From: Candidatus Omnitrophota bacterium | GTDB lineage: Bacteria > Omnitrophota > Gorgyraeia > Gygaellales > Profunditerraquicolaceae | Length of the DNA: 64,000 bases | Assembly (NCBI GenBank): GCA_041663665.1 | Contig: JBAYMG010000003.1 | Location: 3,991-67,990 of the forward strand | Reading direction: 5' to 3' | In this document: piece after piece, positions 37,016 to 47,143 of the stretch | Layout of the letters: each line of letters starts with the position of its first letter | Position numbering within the stretch: position 1 is the stretch's first letter | The notes under the pieces: model-generated | The model's database searches: none | What the model saw: the letters and a program-made list of their open reading frames with translations, nothing else | What the model was told of the DNA's origin: nothing | Translations under genes and position numbers: made by a program

Positions 37016-38029
37016 GTGAAAAATTTAAAAAATATTATTAATAAATTTAATCGAGCTAAGATTTTAGTTGTCGGCGACCTGATTCTTGATGAATATATTC
37101 GTGGTACAGTTGAGCGGATTTCTCCTGAAGCTCCGGTTCCCGTGCTTTGGGCCAGCAAGCGTACTTTTGTCCCCGGCGGTACAGCTAATGTTGCCAACAA
37201 TATCAATTCGTTGGGCGGAAAAGTTACCTTGTTGGGGGTAGCCGGCAATGACGCTAACGCAAAAATTTTATTTAGTGAGTTGGAAAAAAGAAAAATCAGC
37301 ACCCAGGGTATTTTTATTGAAAAAAACAGGCACACAACTGTAAAAACAAGGATTCTTGCCGGGCATCAGCAGGTGGTTAGGGTTGATTGGGAACATACAC
37401 ATGATTTAACCGGAGAGCTCAACACGAAAATTTTGAAATTTATTGAAAAGAATATTGATTCTTTTGATGCGATTATTATTGAAGATTACGGTAAAGGAGT
37501 AATTAATATTGCGTTACTTGAGAAATTAATTTTGCTAGCGCAGCTTTATCATAAAATTATTACTGTTGATCCTAAAGAAGAAAATTTCCGGTATTATCGT
37601 GGAGTAACTTCGATTACTCCCAATCGTAAAGAATTAGAGAATGCGGTTAGAAATCTTAAGGTCCAGGATACGGCCAATCGTTTTAAAATGAATACGGATA
37701 AATTGTTTACCGATAAAGATGTGGATTTAGCCGCGCGCGAAATTTTAGAGTATCTTAACCTGGATTCTATTCTGTTTACTTTGGGTGAGCAGGGAATGAA
37801 GTTGCTGGAAAACAACGGCCATCTGACACACATCCCGACGCAAGCTCAAGAAGTTTTCGATGTATCCGGTGCCGGGGATACTGTCATTAGCACTTTTACT
37901 CTGGCTCTTTGTTCGGGGGCCTCAAAATTAGAAGCAGCTTATATTGCGAATTTTGCCGCAGGTATTGTCGTCGGCAAGTCCGGAACGGCAGTTACGGATA
38001 CTCAGGAACTTTTAGAGAGGATAAAATAA
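37016..38029 (+). CDS. hldA: D-glycero-beta-D-manno-heptose 7-phosphate kinase (RfaE domain I, PfkB family), monofunctional
   Basis: ILVVGDLILDEYIRGTVERISPEAPVPVL and DVSGAGDTVIS (ribokinase-like anion hole). There is no fused adenylyltransferase domain. GTG start with SD AAGAGGA. Confidence 0.8.
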   Translation: MKNLKNIINKFNRAKILVVGDLILDEYIRGTVERISPEAPVPVLWASKRTFVPGGTANVANNINSLGGKVTLLGVAGNDANAKILFSELEKRKISTQGIFIEKNRHTTVKTRILAGHQQVVRVDWEHTHDLTGELNTKILKFIEKNIDSFDAIIIEDYGKGVINIALLEKLILLAQLYHKIITVDPKEENFRYYRGVTSITPNRKELENAVRNLKVQDTANRFKMNTDKLFTDKDVDLAAREILEYLNLDSILFTLGEQGMKLLENNGHLTHIPTQAQEVFDVSGAGDTVISTFTLALCSGASKLEAAYIANFAAGIVVGKSGTAVTDTQELLERIK

Positions 38030-38770
38030 ATGGATGTAATCGGAGTTATCCCTGCAAGGTATTCATCGACTAGGTTTGCGGGTAAGGTACTTGCGGATAT
38101 TATGGGTAAGCCAATGTTGCAGCATGTTTGGGAACGCGCCAGGCAATCACGCATGTTGGATGATTTGATTATCGCCTGTGATGACGAAGCTATCCTTAAA
38201 GCGGCAAAAAAATTCGGCGCTCATGCCGTGATGACATCTAAGGAGCATACTTGCGGAACAGACAGGATTAGTGAAGTGGTTAATCCTTTGGATGTTAAAG
38301 TTATTATTAATATCCAGGGTGATGAGCCATTAGTTCACCCGATGATGATTAATAGCGTTGCCCGGGCATTATTAGAAGATCCTTCTTTGAATATGGCTAC
38401 ACTGATGAGAAAAATTGAAGATTCAATGCAGGTATTTGATCCGAATGTTGTAAAAGTAGTGGTAGATAAAAATAATTTTGCTTTATATTTTTCGCGTGCC
38501 CCTATTCCGTTTCTTGCTCCGAATGCCGATATTGAACAGGTAACTTATTATAAGCATATCGGTCTTTACGGTTATACCAAGGATTTTCTTTTTACTTATA
38601 AAAATCTTCCTGCGTCGAATCTTGAGAAAACGGAAAAATTAGAACAGCTGCGCGTTTTATCTGAAGGTTTTAAAATAAAAGTAATTGAAACAACTTTTGA
38701 TACTGTCGGCGTGGATACGGTGCAGGATTTAGAAAAAGTTAAAGCACAATTGCAGAAGGGGATAAACTGA
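38030..38770 (+). CDS. kdsB: 3-deoxy-manno-octulosonate cytidylyltransferase (CMP-Kdo synthetase)
   Basis: MDVIGVIPARYSSTRFAGKVLADIMGKPMLQHV; 246 aa. Confidence 0.93.
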   Translation: MDVIGVIPARYSSTRFAGKVLADIMGKPMLQHVWERARQSRMLDDLIIACDDEAILKAAKKFGAHAVMTSKEHTCGTDRISEVVNPLDVKVIINIQGDEPLVHPMMINSVARALLEDPSLNMATLMRKIEDSMQVFDPNVVKVVVDKNNFALYFSRAPIPFLAPNADIEQVTYYKHIGLYGYTKDFLFTYKNLPASNLEKTEKLEQLRVLSEGFKIKVIETTFDTVGVDTVQDLEKVKAQLQKGIN

Positions 38771-39582
38771 TGCAGCAGGTTAATGTTAAGAATATAAAAT
38801 TTGGGGATAAATATCCGCTGGTACTTATTGCCGGGCCTTGTGCAATTGAAAGCCAGAGTTCTTGTTTAGCAGCAGCTAAACAGATTAAGGATATCGCCGC
38901 CGGCCAAAACGTGCCGTTTATATTTAAGTCTAGTTTTGATAAAGCTAACCGGCTTTCTCATGGTTCTTATCGCGGGCCGGGATTAAAAAAAGGATTAGCA
39001 ATCTTAAAAAAAGTAAAAAACCAGCTTAAAGTGCCTATTTTAAGTGATGTGCATTGTGCAAAAGATATGTCTGCAGCTGCGCAAGTTTTGGATATTATCC
39101 AGATACCGGCTTTTCTCTGCCGCCAGACCGATATTGTGCTCGCGGCTGCTTCAACCGGTAAGGTTGTAAATATTAAAAAAGGGCAATTTCTTGCGCCTTG
39201 GGATATTTTGCCGATAATTAAAAAAGTCGAATCTGCAGGCAATAAGCAAATTTTGATTACCGAGAGAGGGGCAAGTTTCGGTTATAATAATCTAGTTACT
39301 GATTTTCGTAGTCTAAAAATTATGCGCGATTTTGGTTATCCGGTAATTTATGATGCTACGCATAGCGTGCAACTTCCCGGAGGCAAGGGCAGTTGTTCCG
39401 GAGGACAGAGTGAATTCGTTGCCGGACTTTCCCGCGCGGCTGTGGCTTTTGGTTGTGATGGATTATTTTTAGAGGTGCATAATGACCCAAAGAATGCGCC
39501 TTGTGATGGAGCTAACATGATTAATTTTAAAGAATTAGAGGATCTGCTCAAGCAGATAAAAAAGATCAGGGCGGCGTTATGA
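38770..39582 (+). CDS. kdsA: 2-dehydro-3-deoxyphosphooctonate aldolase (Kdo-8-P synthase)
   Basis: LVLIAGPCAIES...KSSFDKANR; 270 aa. Confidence 0.95.
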   Translation: MQQVNVKNIKFGDKYPLVLIAGPCAIESQSSCLAAAKQIKDIAAGQNVPFIFKSSFDKANRLSHGSYRGPGLKKGLAILKKVKNQLKVPILSDVHCAKDMSAAAQVLDIIQIPAFLCRQTDIVLAAASTGKVVNIKKGQFLAPWDILPIIKKVESAGNKQILITERGASFGYNNLVTDFRSLKIMRDFGYPVIYDATHSVQLPGGKGSCSGGQSEFVAGLSRAAVAFGCDGLFLEVHNDPKNAPCDGANMINFKELEDLLKQIKKIRAAL

Positions 39583-40547
39583 AAATAAATGTGGCTAAAC
39601 GGGCAAAAGAAGTTTTTGATATTGAAGCTGATGCTATAATCCAGCTTAAAAGCCGGATAGGGAAAAATTTTATTCAGGCGATAGAATTAGTTCTTAAATG
39701 TAAAGGCAGGGTGGTAGTCAGCGGTATGGGTAAGACTGGAATTATCGCTCAGAAATTTTCTGCAACTTTAGCTTCTACCGGTACGCCTAGTTTATTTCTG
39801 CATACGGCTGAAGCTATCCATGGAGATTTAGGCAAGGTTACCGTTGACGATATCGTAATTATTCTTTCCAATAGTGGCTCAACCGCAGAGATGAAGCAGC
39901 TTTTGCCGATACTTAAAAAAATCGGTTCGCCAATAATCTCGCTTACCGGAAATATAAAATCAATTCTTGCTAAGTATAGCGATGTTGTGCTGGATGTTTC
40001 AGTAAAAAAAGAAGCTTGCCCGCTAGGTTTGGCTCCTACGGCTTCAACTACTGCTTCGCTGGCTATGGCTGATGCTTTAGCGGTATGCTTGTTGGAATGC
40101 AAAGGTTTTAAAGAAAAGGATTTTGCTTTTTTTCATCCGGGAGGAGCTTTGGGCCGCCGGTTGCTTTTGAGTGTTGAGGATATTATGCGCCGAGGGCAGG
40201 CCAATGCAATCGTTAGTGAAGATAAAAAAGTTTCGCAAGTTTTATGTGCGATTACCCGGGCTCGCGCCGGATCAGCGATAGTTGTGGATAAAAAAGGAAA
40301 AGTGAAAGGGATTTTTACTGACGGGGATTTGCGCAGGCATTTAGAAAGCGATGAAAATTTGCCGAGCCGCCGGATAACCGAAGTAATGACTAAAAATCCT
40401 ACGGTAGTTAAAAAAGATATGTTGGCTGCTGAGGCAATGCATATTATGCAGTCTAAAAAAATCGATGAAATTCCGGTAGTTGATAATAATTTTCACCCGC
40501 TGGGTTTATTGGATGTACAGGATTTACTTAAAGCAGGATTGGTGTAA
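39579..40547 (+). CDS. kdsD: arabinose-5-phosphate isomerase (SIS + tandem CBS)
   Basis: VVVSGMGKTGIIAQKFSATLASTGTPS (SIS) plus C-terminal CBS pair; 322 aa. Confidence 0.88.
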   Translation: MKINVAKRAKEVFDIEADAIIQLKSRIGKNFIQAIELVLKCKGRVVVSGMGKTGIIAQKFSATLASTGTPSLFLHTAEAIHGDLGKVTVDDIVIILSNSGSTAEMKQLLPILKKIGSPIISLTGNIKSILAKYSDVVLDVSVKKEACPLGLAPTASTTASLAMADALAVCLLECKGFKEKDFAFFHPGGALGRRLLLSVEDIMRRGQANAIVSEDKKVSQVLCAITRARAGSAIVVDKKGKVKGIFTDGDLRRHLESDENLPSRRITEVMTKNPTVVKKDMLAAEAMHIMQSKKIDEIPVVDNNFHPLGLLDVQDLLKAGLV

Positions 40548-40549
40548 AA

Positions 40550-41092
40550 ATGGATAAGCTAGCTATTGGCGAAGAATTGTGTGTGCGTTTTAAGAAAATT
40601 AAACTTCTCCTCTTGGATGTTGACGGAGTTCTAACCGATGGGAGGATAATTTATGATTCGCAGGGCAGAGATTCAAAATTTTTTGATGTGCATGATGGTT
40701 TGGGCGTTTTTGTTTTACATAAATCCGGAATTAAGACGATTTTGATTACAGCTAAAAGTTCAAAAACCATAAAGCCGCGTGCTCGCGATATGCATGTTGC
40801 TCAGGTCTTCGCCGATATTTTTCCAAAAACTGTTGTTTTGGGCAAAATTTTGATGAAATACAAAGTTTCATCGGATGAGGTTTGTTTTATTGGCGACGAT
40901 TTAGTGGACTTAGCGCTGATGCGAAAAATCGGTTTACCGATTGCAGTCGCTAATGCTTCCGCGCCGATTAAAGAAGCAGCTGTTTATGTTACTAGCCATT
41001 CCGGCGGACGCGGGGCAGTTAGGGAAGTTGCCGAGTTAATTCTTAAGTCACAGGACAAATGGAAAGATATCTTGCATTTTTATGAAGCATAA
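40550..41092 (+). CDS. kdsC: Kdo-8-phosphate phosphatase (HAD superfamily, subfamily IIIA)
   Basis: LLLLDVDGVLTDGRIIYDSQG...FIGDDLVDL; 180 aa. Confidence 0.85.
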   Translation: MDKLAIGEELCVRFKKIKLLLLDVDGVLTDGRIIYDSQGRDSKFFDVHDGLGVFVLHKSGIKTILITAKSSKTIKPRARDMHVAQVFADIFPKTVVLGKILMKYKVSSDEVCFIGDDLVDLALMRKIGLPIAVANASAPIKEAAVYVTSHSGGRGAVREVAELILKSQDKWKDILHFYEA

Positions 41093-41966
41093 AAAAATAG
41101 TTTTAGTTTTTACGTTTCTATTCCTTTTATCTTCCATTCTTTTAGCTGAAGAAAACAAAGAAGCAAAAGAGTCTACTCAACAGATTGGAGATTTTTCCCT
41201 TTCCGGGTTTGGAGATAAAGGGAAGAAGTCCTGGGATTTAGCCGGAAAATCTGCAGATATTTATAATGATGTAGTCAAGCTTAAAGAAGTAAAAGGCAAT
41301 CATTATGCACCGAAAGATAGTATTAATTTAACTGCCGATAATGGAGATTTTAACAAAAAAAGCGGCATGGTGCATTTACAGGATAATGTGGTGATTACTA
41401 CTTCAAGCGGCGCAAAGCTGACTACGGATTCTCTGGATTGGGATCGTAAGCAGCAAATCGTCAGTACTTTAGAAAAAGTTAATTTAAACCGGGCAGATAT
41501 GAATCTTTCCGGAGTTGGGGCAAAGGGGCAGACTGCCTTAAAACAAGTGGTATTAGAAAAAGATGTCCGATTGGATGTTGCGCCTTTTGATAAACAAAAA
41601 AATAAAAAAGAGAAGATTACTATTACCTGTGACGGACCGCTAGATGTGAATTATGAAAAAAATATTGCCATATTTAATAATAATGTTAAAGTAGAAAAAT
41701 CAGATTTAACTATTTATAGTGATAAGATGCAGGTCTATTTTTCTCCCAAGCAGGAAGAAGGTAAAGTCGTTAAGGAAGATGGCGTTACTTCAAGCTCGAT
41801 TAATAAAATTGTAGCTTTAGGGAATGTGCGTATCTTGCGTGGTGAGAACACAACTTATAGCCAGGAAGCAATCTATAATGCATTAGATAGAAGAATAACT
41901 TTAACCGGTAAGCCACAGATAGTTATTTACCAGACGGAGAATCTGAATGCGACTTTTGGAAACTAA
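41082..41966 (+). CDS. LptC/LptA-like (OstA-like beta-jellyroll) LPS transport protein, apparently an LptC-LptA fusion
   Basis: N-terminal TM anchor, then an LptC-like segment ([40 protein letters not shown]) and an LptA/OstA_N-like segment ([20 protein letters not shown]...[22 protein letters not shown]). It sits between kdsC and lptB as in the E. coli kdsD-kdsC-lptC-lptA-lptB order. Confidence 0.6.
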   Translation: MKHKKIVLVFTFLFLLSSILLAEENKEAKESTQQIGDFSLSGFGDKGKKSWDLAGKSADIYNDVVKLKEVKGNHYAPKDSINLTADNGDFNKKSGMVHLQDNVVITTSSGAKLTTDSLDWDRKQQIVSTLEKVNLNRADMNLSGVGAKGQTALKQVVLEKDVRLDVAPFDKQKNKKEKITITCDGPLDVNYEKNIAIFNNNVKVEKSDLTIYSDKMQVYFSPKQEEGKVVKEDGVTSSSINKIVALGNVRILRGENTTYSQEAIYNALDRRITLTGKPQIVIYQTENLNATFGN

Positions 41967-42669
41967 AGGGTTAGCTAAGTCTTACGATGGCCGAGCTGTG
42001 GTTAAGGGGGTCGATATAACGGTTAAGCGTGGGGAGATTGTCGGGCTCCTTGGGCCTAACGGTGCAGGCAAAACTACGACTTTTTACATGATTGTCGGTA
42101 TTGTTCCGCCGAATAACGGAACAATTGTTTTTGATAATCACGACATTACTAATTTGCCGATTCATGAGCGTGCGCGTTTTGGCATAGGCTATCTTGCGCA
42201 GGAAGCTTCAATCTTTCGTAAACTTACGGTTGAAGACAATATTACTGCCATTTTAGAGACTTTGCCTTTTTCCCGTGCGGAAAGAAAACGCAGGCTTGCT
42301 TCTTTGCTTGAAGAGTTAAACATTGCGCATCTGGCTAAAAATAAGGCTTACACTTTAAGCGGAGGAGAAAGAAGGCGGCTTGAGATTACTCGGGCCTTGG
42401 TAACTAATCCTTCTTTTATACTTTTAGATGAACCTTTTAGCGGTATTGATCCGATAGTGGTTAATGAGGCGCAGGAAATTATTAAAGAGTTAAAAGCAAA
42501 AGGGCTGGGTATCTTATTGACTGACCACAATGTACGTGAAACTTTAGCTATAACCGACCGGGCGTATTTGATTTCCGGTGGGGAAATTCTTATAGCCGGT
42601 ACGGCGCATGAACTGATTAACCACCCGCAGGCGCGCCAGGTTTATTTGGGTGAGAAATTTAAAATGTGA
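41947..42669 (+). CDS. lptB: LPS export ABC transporter ATP-binding protein
   Basis: Walker [10 protein letters not shown], signature [11 protein letters not shown], Walker [12 protein letters not shown]; 240 aa. Confidence 0.93.
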   Translation: MRLLETKGLAKSYDGRAVVKGVDITVKRGEIVGLLGPNGAGKTTTFYMIVGIVPPNNGTIVFDNHDITNLPIHERARFGIGYLAQEASIFRKLTVEDNITAILETLPFSRAERKRRLASLLEELNIAHLAKNKAYTLSGGERRRLEITRALVTNPSFILLDEPFSGIDPIVVNEAQEIIKELKAKGLGILLTDHNVRETLAITDRAYLISGGEILIAGTAHELINHPQARQVYLGEKFKM

Positions 42670-42792
42670 GTGAAGCTATAACTAAAAGTAAGCACTTGGC
42701 TTCTTAAGATGTTTGGCTGAACTTATCCTTAAGTTCTATAGGTTTTAAATCTTTAAACTTGAGGATTCGGAATAACATTAGAAAGGATAGTA

Positions 42793-43668
42793 ATGAAAAC
42801 TGAAGTTAAGAAATTGGATAGTTCTAAATGTGAAATTAGTGTGGCGGTAAGCGGGGAGTTGGTTAAAAATAAGTTTGAAACTGTTTTTTCTCAAGTGGCC
42901 AAAGATGCTAAAGTTCCCGGTTTCCGCCCGGGTAAAGCGCCAAGAGATGTTTTAGAGAAACATTATGCTTCTCTTGTCCATGAGCAAGTTTTAAAAGAAT
43001 TGGTTCCGGATGTTTATAATCAGGCAATTGAAGCTGAAAAACTTGATGTAATTGAATTGCCTCAGATAACCGACGTGAAACTTGATCGCAGCAATCTTTC
43101 TTTTAAGGCTGTTGTCGAAGTAACCCCTGAGATTGCGGTTAAGAATTATAAGAATCAAAAAATTAACTTTAAAAAAATCGAGGTAACCAGCGAAGAGATA
43201 AAAAAACAGATTGATTCGGTTAAGGAATCGCGGAAGGCTGAAACTGTTAATGAGAAATTTTGCCGTTCTCTGGGGTATCCGGATTTAGCGGAGTTTGAGA
43301 AAGCAATCGAGAGGCAGATTTTTATCAGCAAAGAGAATCAGGAGCGTCAGCGAATTGAGAATGAGTTGATTGAAAATGTGATGCAGGGTCTAGAGTTTAA
43401 GCTGCCTCAAGGCTTGGTTGCCCGGCAGACTCAGGATATGCTTAAGTCAACTAAAATTGATTTAGCCATGAAAGGTATCCCCAGAGATAAAATCGATGAG
43501 CAGGATAAATTGCTTTTAGAAAGTATTGAGCCCGAAGCTAAAAAACAAGTTAGGGTGTATTTAGTTTTATCTCAAATTGCTAAAAAAGAGAATATTGCAA
43601 TTGATGATCATATGCCGCGTAAAGTAATGGAATTTTTATTAAGCGAAGCGGAATGGCAGATAATTTAA
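42793..43668 (+). CDS. tig: trigger factor, short form lacking the central PPIase (FKBP) domain
   Basis: N-terminal ribosome-binding domain with GFRPGKAP signature, then directly the C-terminal chaperone arm; 291 aa rather than ~430 aa. tig-clpP synteny. Confidence 0.78.
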   Translation: MKTEVKKLDSSKCEISVAVSGELVKNKFETVFSQVAKDAKVPGFRPGKAPRDVLEKHYASLVHEQVLKELVPDVYNQAIEAEKLDVIELPQITDVKLDRSNLSFKAVVEVTPEIAVKNYKNQKINFKKIEVTSEEIKKQIDSVKESRKAETVNEKFCRSLGYPDLAEFEKAIERQIFISKENQERQRIENELIENVMQGLEFKLPQGLVARQTQDMLKSTKIDLAMKGIPRDKIDEQDKLLLESIEPEAKKQVRVYLVLSQIAKKENIAIDDHMPRKVMEFLLSEAEWQII

Positions 43669-43682
43669 TAAGGAGGAAAAAT

Positions 43683-44294
43683 ATGCCGACGAAAATGCAA
43701 ACATTTGTTCCTATGGTAATTGAACAGACTCCCCGTGGTTTTGAACGGGCTTACGATATTTATTCCCGGCTCTTAAAAGACCGTATTTTATTTATCGGCA
43801 CTGCGATTGATGATTATGTAGCAAATTTAATTATTGCCCAGCTGCTTTTTCTGCAGATGGAAGATAAAGACAAAGATATCAATGTTTATGTTAATTCACC
43901 AGGTGGTTCAGTGACTGCGGGATTGGCTATATATGATACGATGCAGTTTATTAAGTGTGATATCGCCACTTATTGCGTTGGGCAGGCTGCCAGTATGGGT
44001 GCGCTTTTGCTTGCTGCCGGTACAAAAGGGAAGCGGTTTGTGCTCCCTAATTCCCGGGTTATGATTCATCAGCCGTGGGGCGGAGCGCAGGGGCCGGCCT
44101 CGGACATATCCATTCAGGCCAAAGAAATTTTAAAACTGCGTGACCGGCTTAATGAAATATTGGCGCATCATACGGGTCAGAATTTAGAGAAAATACAGAA
44201 GGATACCGACAGAGATTATTTTATGTCGGCTGAAGAATCTAAAGATTATGGTTTAGTTGATGAGGTAATTTTACCGGAAAATAAAAAGAAATAA
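43683..44294 (+). CDS. clpP: ATP-dependent Clp protease proteolytic subunit
   Basis: Catalytic triad context [24 protein letters not shown] prefer ATG 43683 (AGGAGG 7 nt upstream) over the track start at 43653. Confidence 0.93.
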   Translation: MPTKMQTFVPMVIEQTPRGFERAYDIYSRLLKDRILFIGTAIDDYVANLIIAQLLFLQMEDKDKDINVYVNSPGGSVTAGLAIYDTMQFIKCDIATYCVGQAASMGALLLAAGTKGKRFVLPNSRVMIHQPWGGAQGPASDISIQAKEILKLRDRLNEILAHHTGQNLEKIQKDTDRDYFMSAEESKDYGLVDEVILPENKKK

Positions 44295-44323
44295 AATAAT
44301 TATATTAATTTAGGGAGAAGAAA

Positions 44324-45460
44324 ATGAGAAAAGAATATTTATTAACACCAGGCCCCACTCCTTTACCGCCTCAGATAAGTTTGGCTATGGCCAGGCCGAT
44401 TATTCATCATCGTACGCCGCAATTTCAGGCGATTTTAAAAGAAGCCAGTGTTGGATTAAAATGGGTATTTCAAACAGCTAATGATGTCTTCATTATTTCA
44501 TCTTCAGGGACCGGGGCAATGGAAGCTGCGATAATTAATTTACTTAGTGCTGGTGATACTGCTTTAGTGGTACATGGGGGTAAGTTTGGCGAGAGGTGGT
44601 CGGAGATTGCTAAGGCTTACAGCATTAAAGTAGAGATTATTGATGTTGAATGGGGCAAAGCGGTTAGCCCTGAAGAAATAAGGAAAAGATTAAAAGCTAA
44701 TCCGGAAATAAAAGCGGTGTTTACTACTTTATGCGAAACTTCAACGGGCGTAGATAATGACCTTGCCTCAATTGCCTCAATTGTCAAAGAAACTTCTGCA
44801 GTTCTAGTGGTTGATGCTATTAGTGGGCTGGGAGCAGTGGATATTAAGACTGATGTTTGGGGTATTGATGTAGTGATTGCCGGATCGCAAAAAGGATTAA
44901 TGCTGCCTCCGGGGTTAGGTTTTATTTCGCTTAGCCCTAAGGCTTGGAAATTAGTTGAGGCCTCAAAATCTCCACGCTACTATCTGGATTTGAGAAAAGC
45001 CAAGAAGGCCTTGGACAAAAACGATACGCCGTTTACTTCCTCGATTACTTTGATTATTGCTTTAAACGAAGCTTTGAAAATAATGCAAAGCGATGGATTG
45101 GAGAATATATTAAAACGCCATAAGACTATGGCTAATGCTACCCGCACGGCAATGAAAGCGCTGGGTTTAGAGTTATTTGCACCAACTGCTGCCTCTGACG
45201 GAGTAACGGCGGTTAAAGTGCCGGCAGGGCTTGATGGTGAAAAATTAGTTAAAACTATGCGTGATACTTACGGAGTGACAATCGCCGGAGGGCAGGATGA
45301 GTTAAAGGGTAAAGTTTTCCGTATTGCACATATGGGTTTTATTGCCGAGTCTGATATTATTACCGGTTTAGCCTGTTTGGAAAAAGTATTGACTCAACTC
45401 GGGTATAAATTTAATTTAGGTTCTGGAGTAAAAGCAGCTGAAGAGGTATTTTTATTATAG
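44324..45460 (+). CDS. class V aminotransferase (phosphoserine/serine-pyruvate aminotransferase type; probable SerC given the serA neighbour)
   Basis: 378 aa; aminotransferase class V fold with PLP-Lys region GSQKGLMLPPGLGF; immediately upstream of serA. Confidence 0.7.
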   Translation: MRKEYLLTPGPTPLPPQISLAMARPIIHHRTPQFQAILKEASVGLKWVFQTANDVFIISSSGTGAMEAAIINLLSAGDTALVVHGGKFGERWSEIAKAYSIKVEIIDVEWGKAVSPEEIRKRLKANPEIKAVFTTLCETSTGVDNDLASIASIVKETSAVLVVDAISGLGAVDIKTDVWGIDVVIAGSQKGLMLPPGLGFISLSPKAWKLVEASKSPRYYLDLRKAKKALDKNDTPFTSSITLIIALNEALKIMQSDGLENILKRHKTMANATRTAMKALGLELFAPTAASDGVTAVKVPAGLDGEKLVKTMRDTYGVTIAGGQDELKGKVFRIAHMGFIAESDIITGLACLEKVLTQLGYKFNLGSGVKAAEEVFLL

Positions 45461-45556
45461 CCACATTTCGTGTTGTTAATATTCGACGCTTTAAGTATTG
45501 CGCCGGTGCGTGTTGATTAGGCAGCGTAAAATAACTATGCGGGTAAGGAGAGTGAA

Positions 45557-47143
45557 ATGATTAAGGTTTTAGTTAGCGATGCGTTAAGCGAGGAAGGTCT
45601 AAAAATATTTAAAGATTGCAAGGAACTTTCCTTTGATGTAAAAACAGATTTGAAGCCTGAGGCTTTAAAAGAAATAATTAAAAATTATGATGCTTTGGTT
45701 GTGCGCAGTGCAACTAAAGTTACCAAGGATGTAATTGCTTCTGCTACGAAACTAAAAGTTATCGGCCGAGCTGGCGTGGGTTTGGATAATGTTGACTTGG
45801 AAGCTGCCACGCAAAAAGGGATTATTGTCATGAATACTCCGGCCGGAAATACTATTTCTACCGCCGAGCATACTTTTAGTATGATTCTGGCTTTATCCCG
45901 GAATATCGCTCAGGCAAATTCTTCGATGAAAAAAGGGGAGTGGAAGCGTTCTAAGTTTATGGGTGTTGAGTCATACAACAAAGTTTTAGGTATTGTCGGA
46001 TTCGGCCGGATTGGTTCAGAGGTGGCAAAACGCGCATTATCTTTTGGTATGCGGGTTTTAGCTTTTGATCCATTCTTATCCAAGCAGGTAGCTGAGGGAA
46101 TTGGGGTGGAAATTGCGGAGTTAAAAAAAGTTTTGCAAGAGGCTGACTATATTACAGTGCATACGCCTTTAACTGATGAGACTAGGCATATGATCTCAGA
46201 TAAAGAGTTTGGAATAATGAAAAAAGGCGTGCGGATTATCAATTGCGCCCGGGGTGGGATTATTGACGAATTGGCTTTAGTCAAAGCGCTTAAAGATGGC
46301 AAGGTGGCCGGTGCGGCTATGGACGTTTTTGAAAAAGAACCGCTGGCAGCCGATAGTGAACTTTTAAAGTTTGATAATGTAATTACAACTCCGCATTTAG
46401 GTGCTTCTACTGAAGAGGCGCAGGTTAATGTAGCAATTGAGGTTGCTGAGATTGTGCGTGATGCGCTCTTGGGGCGCGGAATTCGCAATGCTGCTAATTA
46501 TCCATGCTTAGATGCAGAAGTCTGCAAAATTCTTAATCCTTATATTAATTTAGGAGAGAAAATCGGAATGTTTGCCGGGCAGTTAGTCGAAGGCAGGTTT
46601 GCTGAGGTAACCATAAGCTATAGTGGGCAAATTACTAAATATAATTTAAGCCCGGTAACTATGGCTTTAGTTAAAGGCCTGCTTACTCCGATATTAAAAG
46701 AAACTGTTAATTTTGTTAATGGCGTTTCGCTGCTTAAGGAAAGAGGAATAAAACTTTTAGAATCAAAGTTTGCGCAGGAAGGCGAATTTGTTAACCTTAT
46801 TCAGTTAGATATTAAGACAGATAAGGAGACTAAATCGATTTTTGGCACGCTCTCTAGCAATAAACAGCCGCGAATTGTTAAGATTGATGATTATTATTTG
46901 GAATTGCATCCGGTTGGGCAAATGATTTTTATCCGTAATCTTGATAAGCCGGGGTTAATCGGTAATTTAGGAACCTTGATGGGTAAAAGCGGTATGAATA
47001 TTGCCGCTATGGCTTTAGGCCGTAATAAACCAGGTGATAAAGCCATTAGTGTCTGGAGTATCGATAATCAGGTAGGTCCGGAAATTCAGGAAAAAATAAG
47101 AAAATTGGATAATGTTTTGACGGTAAAAGTAATCAAAATATGA
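45557..47143 (+). CDS. serA: D-3-phosphoglycerate dehydrogenase (with ASB and ACT domains)
   Basis: NAD motif GIVGFGRIGSEVA, catalytic region, C-terminal ACT domain; 528 aa. Confidence 0.93.
   Translation: MIKVLVSDALSEEGLKIFKDCKELSFDVKTDLKPEALKEIIKNYDALVVRSATKVTKDVIASATKLKVIGRAGVGLDNVDLEAATQKGIIVMNTPAGNTISTAEHTFSMILALSRNIAQANSSMKKGEWKRSKFMGVESYNKVLGIVGFGRIGSEVAKRALSFGMRVLAFDPFLSKQVAEGIGVEIAELKKVLQEADYITVHTPLTDETRHMISDKEFGIMKKGVRIINCARGGIIDELALVKALKDGKVAGAAMDVFEKEPLAADSELLKFDNVITTPHLGASTEEAQVNVAIEVAEIVRDALLGRGIRNAANYPCLDAEVCKILNPYINLGEKIGMFAGQLVEGRFAEVTISYSGQITKYNLSPVTMALVKGLLTPILKETVNFVNGVSLLKERGIKLLESKFAQEGEFVNLIQLDIKTDKETKSIFGTLSSNKQPRIVKIDDYYLELHPVGQMIFIRNLDKPGLIGNLGTLMGKSGMNIAAMALGRNKPGDKAISVWSIDNQVGPEIQEKIRKLDNVLTVKVIKI

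Noticed and set aside
42670-42792. Possible riboswitch or structured leader upstream of tig (CTTAAG ... CTTAAG)
   Set aside because: Only two copies of the self-palindromic hexamer CTTAAG. The flanks are not complementary, so no convincing stem, and the gap is too short for known riboswitch classes.
45461-45556. Possible T-box or attenuator upstream of serA
   Set aside because: 96 nt is too short for a T-box. I could not build a convincing terminator/antiterminator pair from the GC-rich segment gcgccggtgcg.
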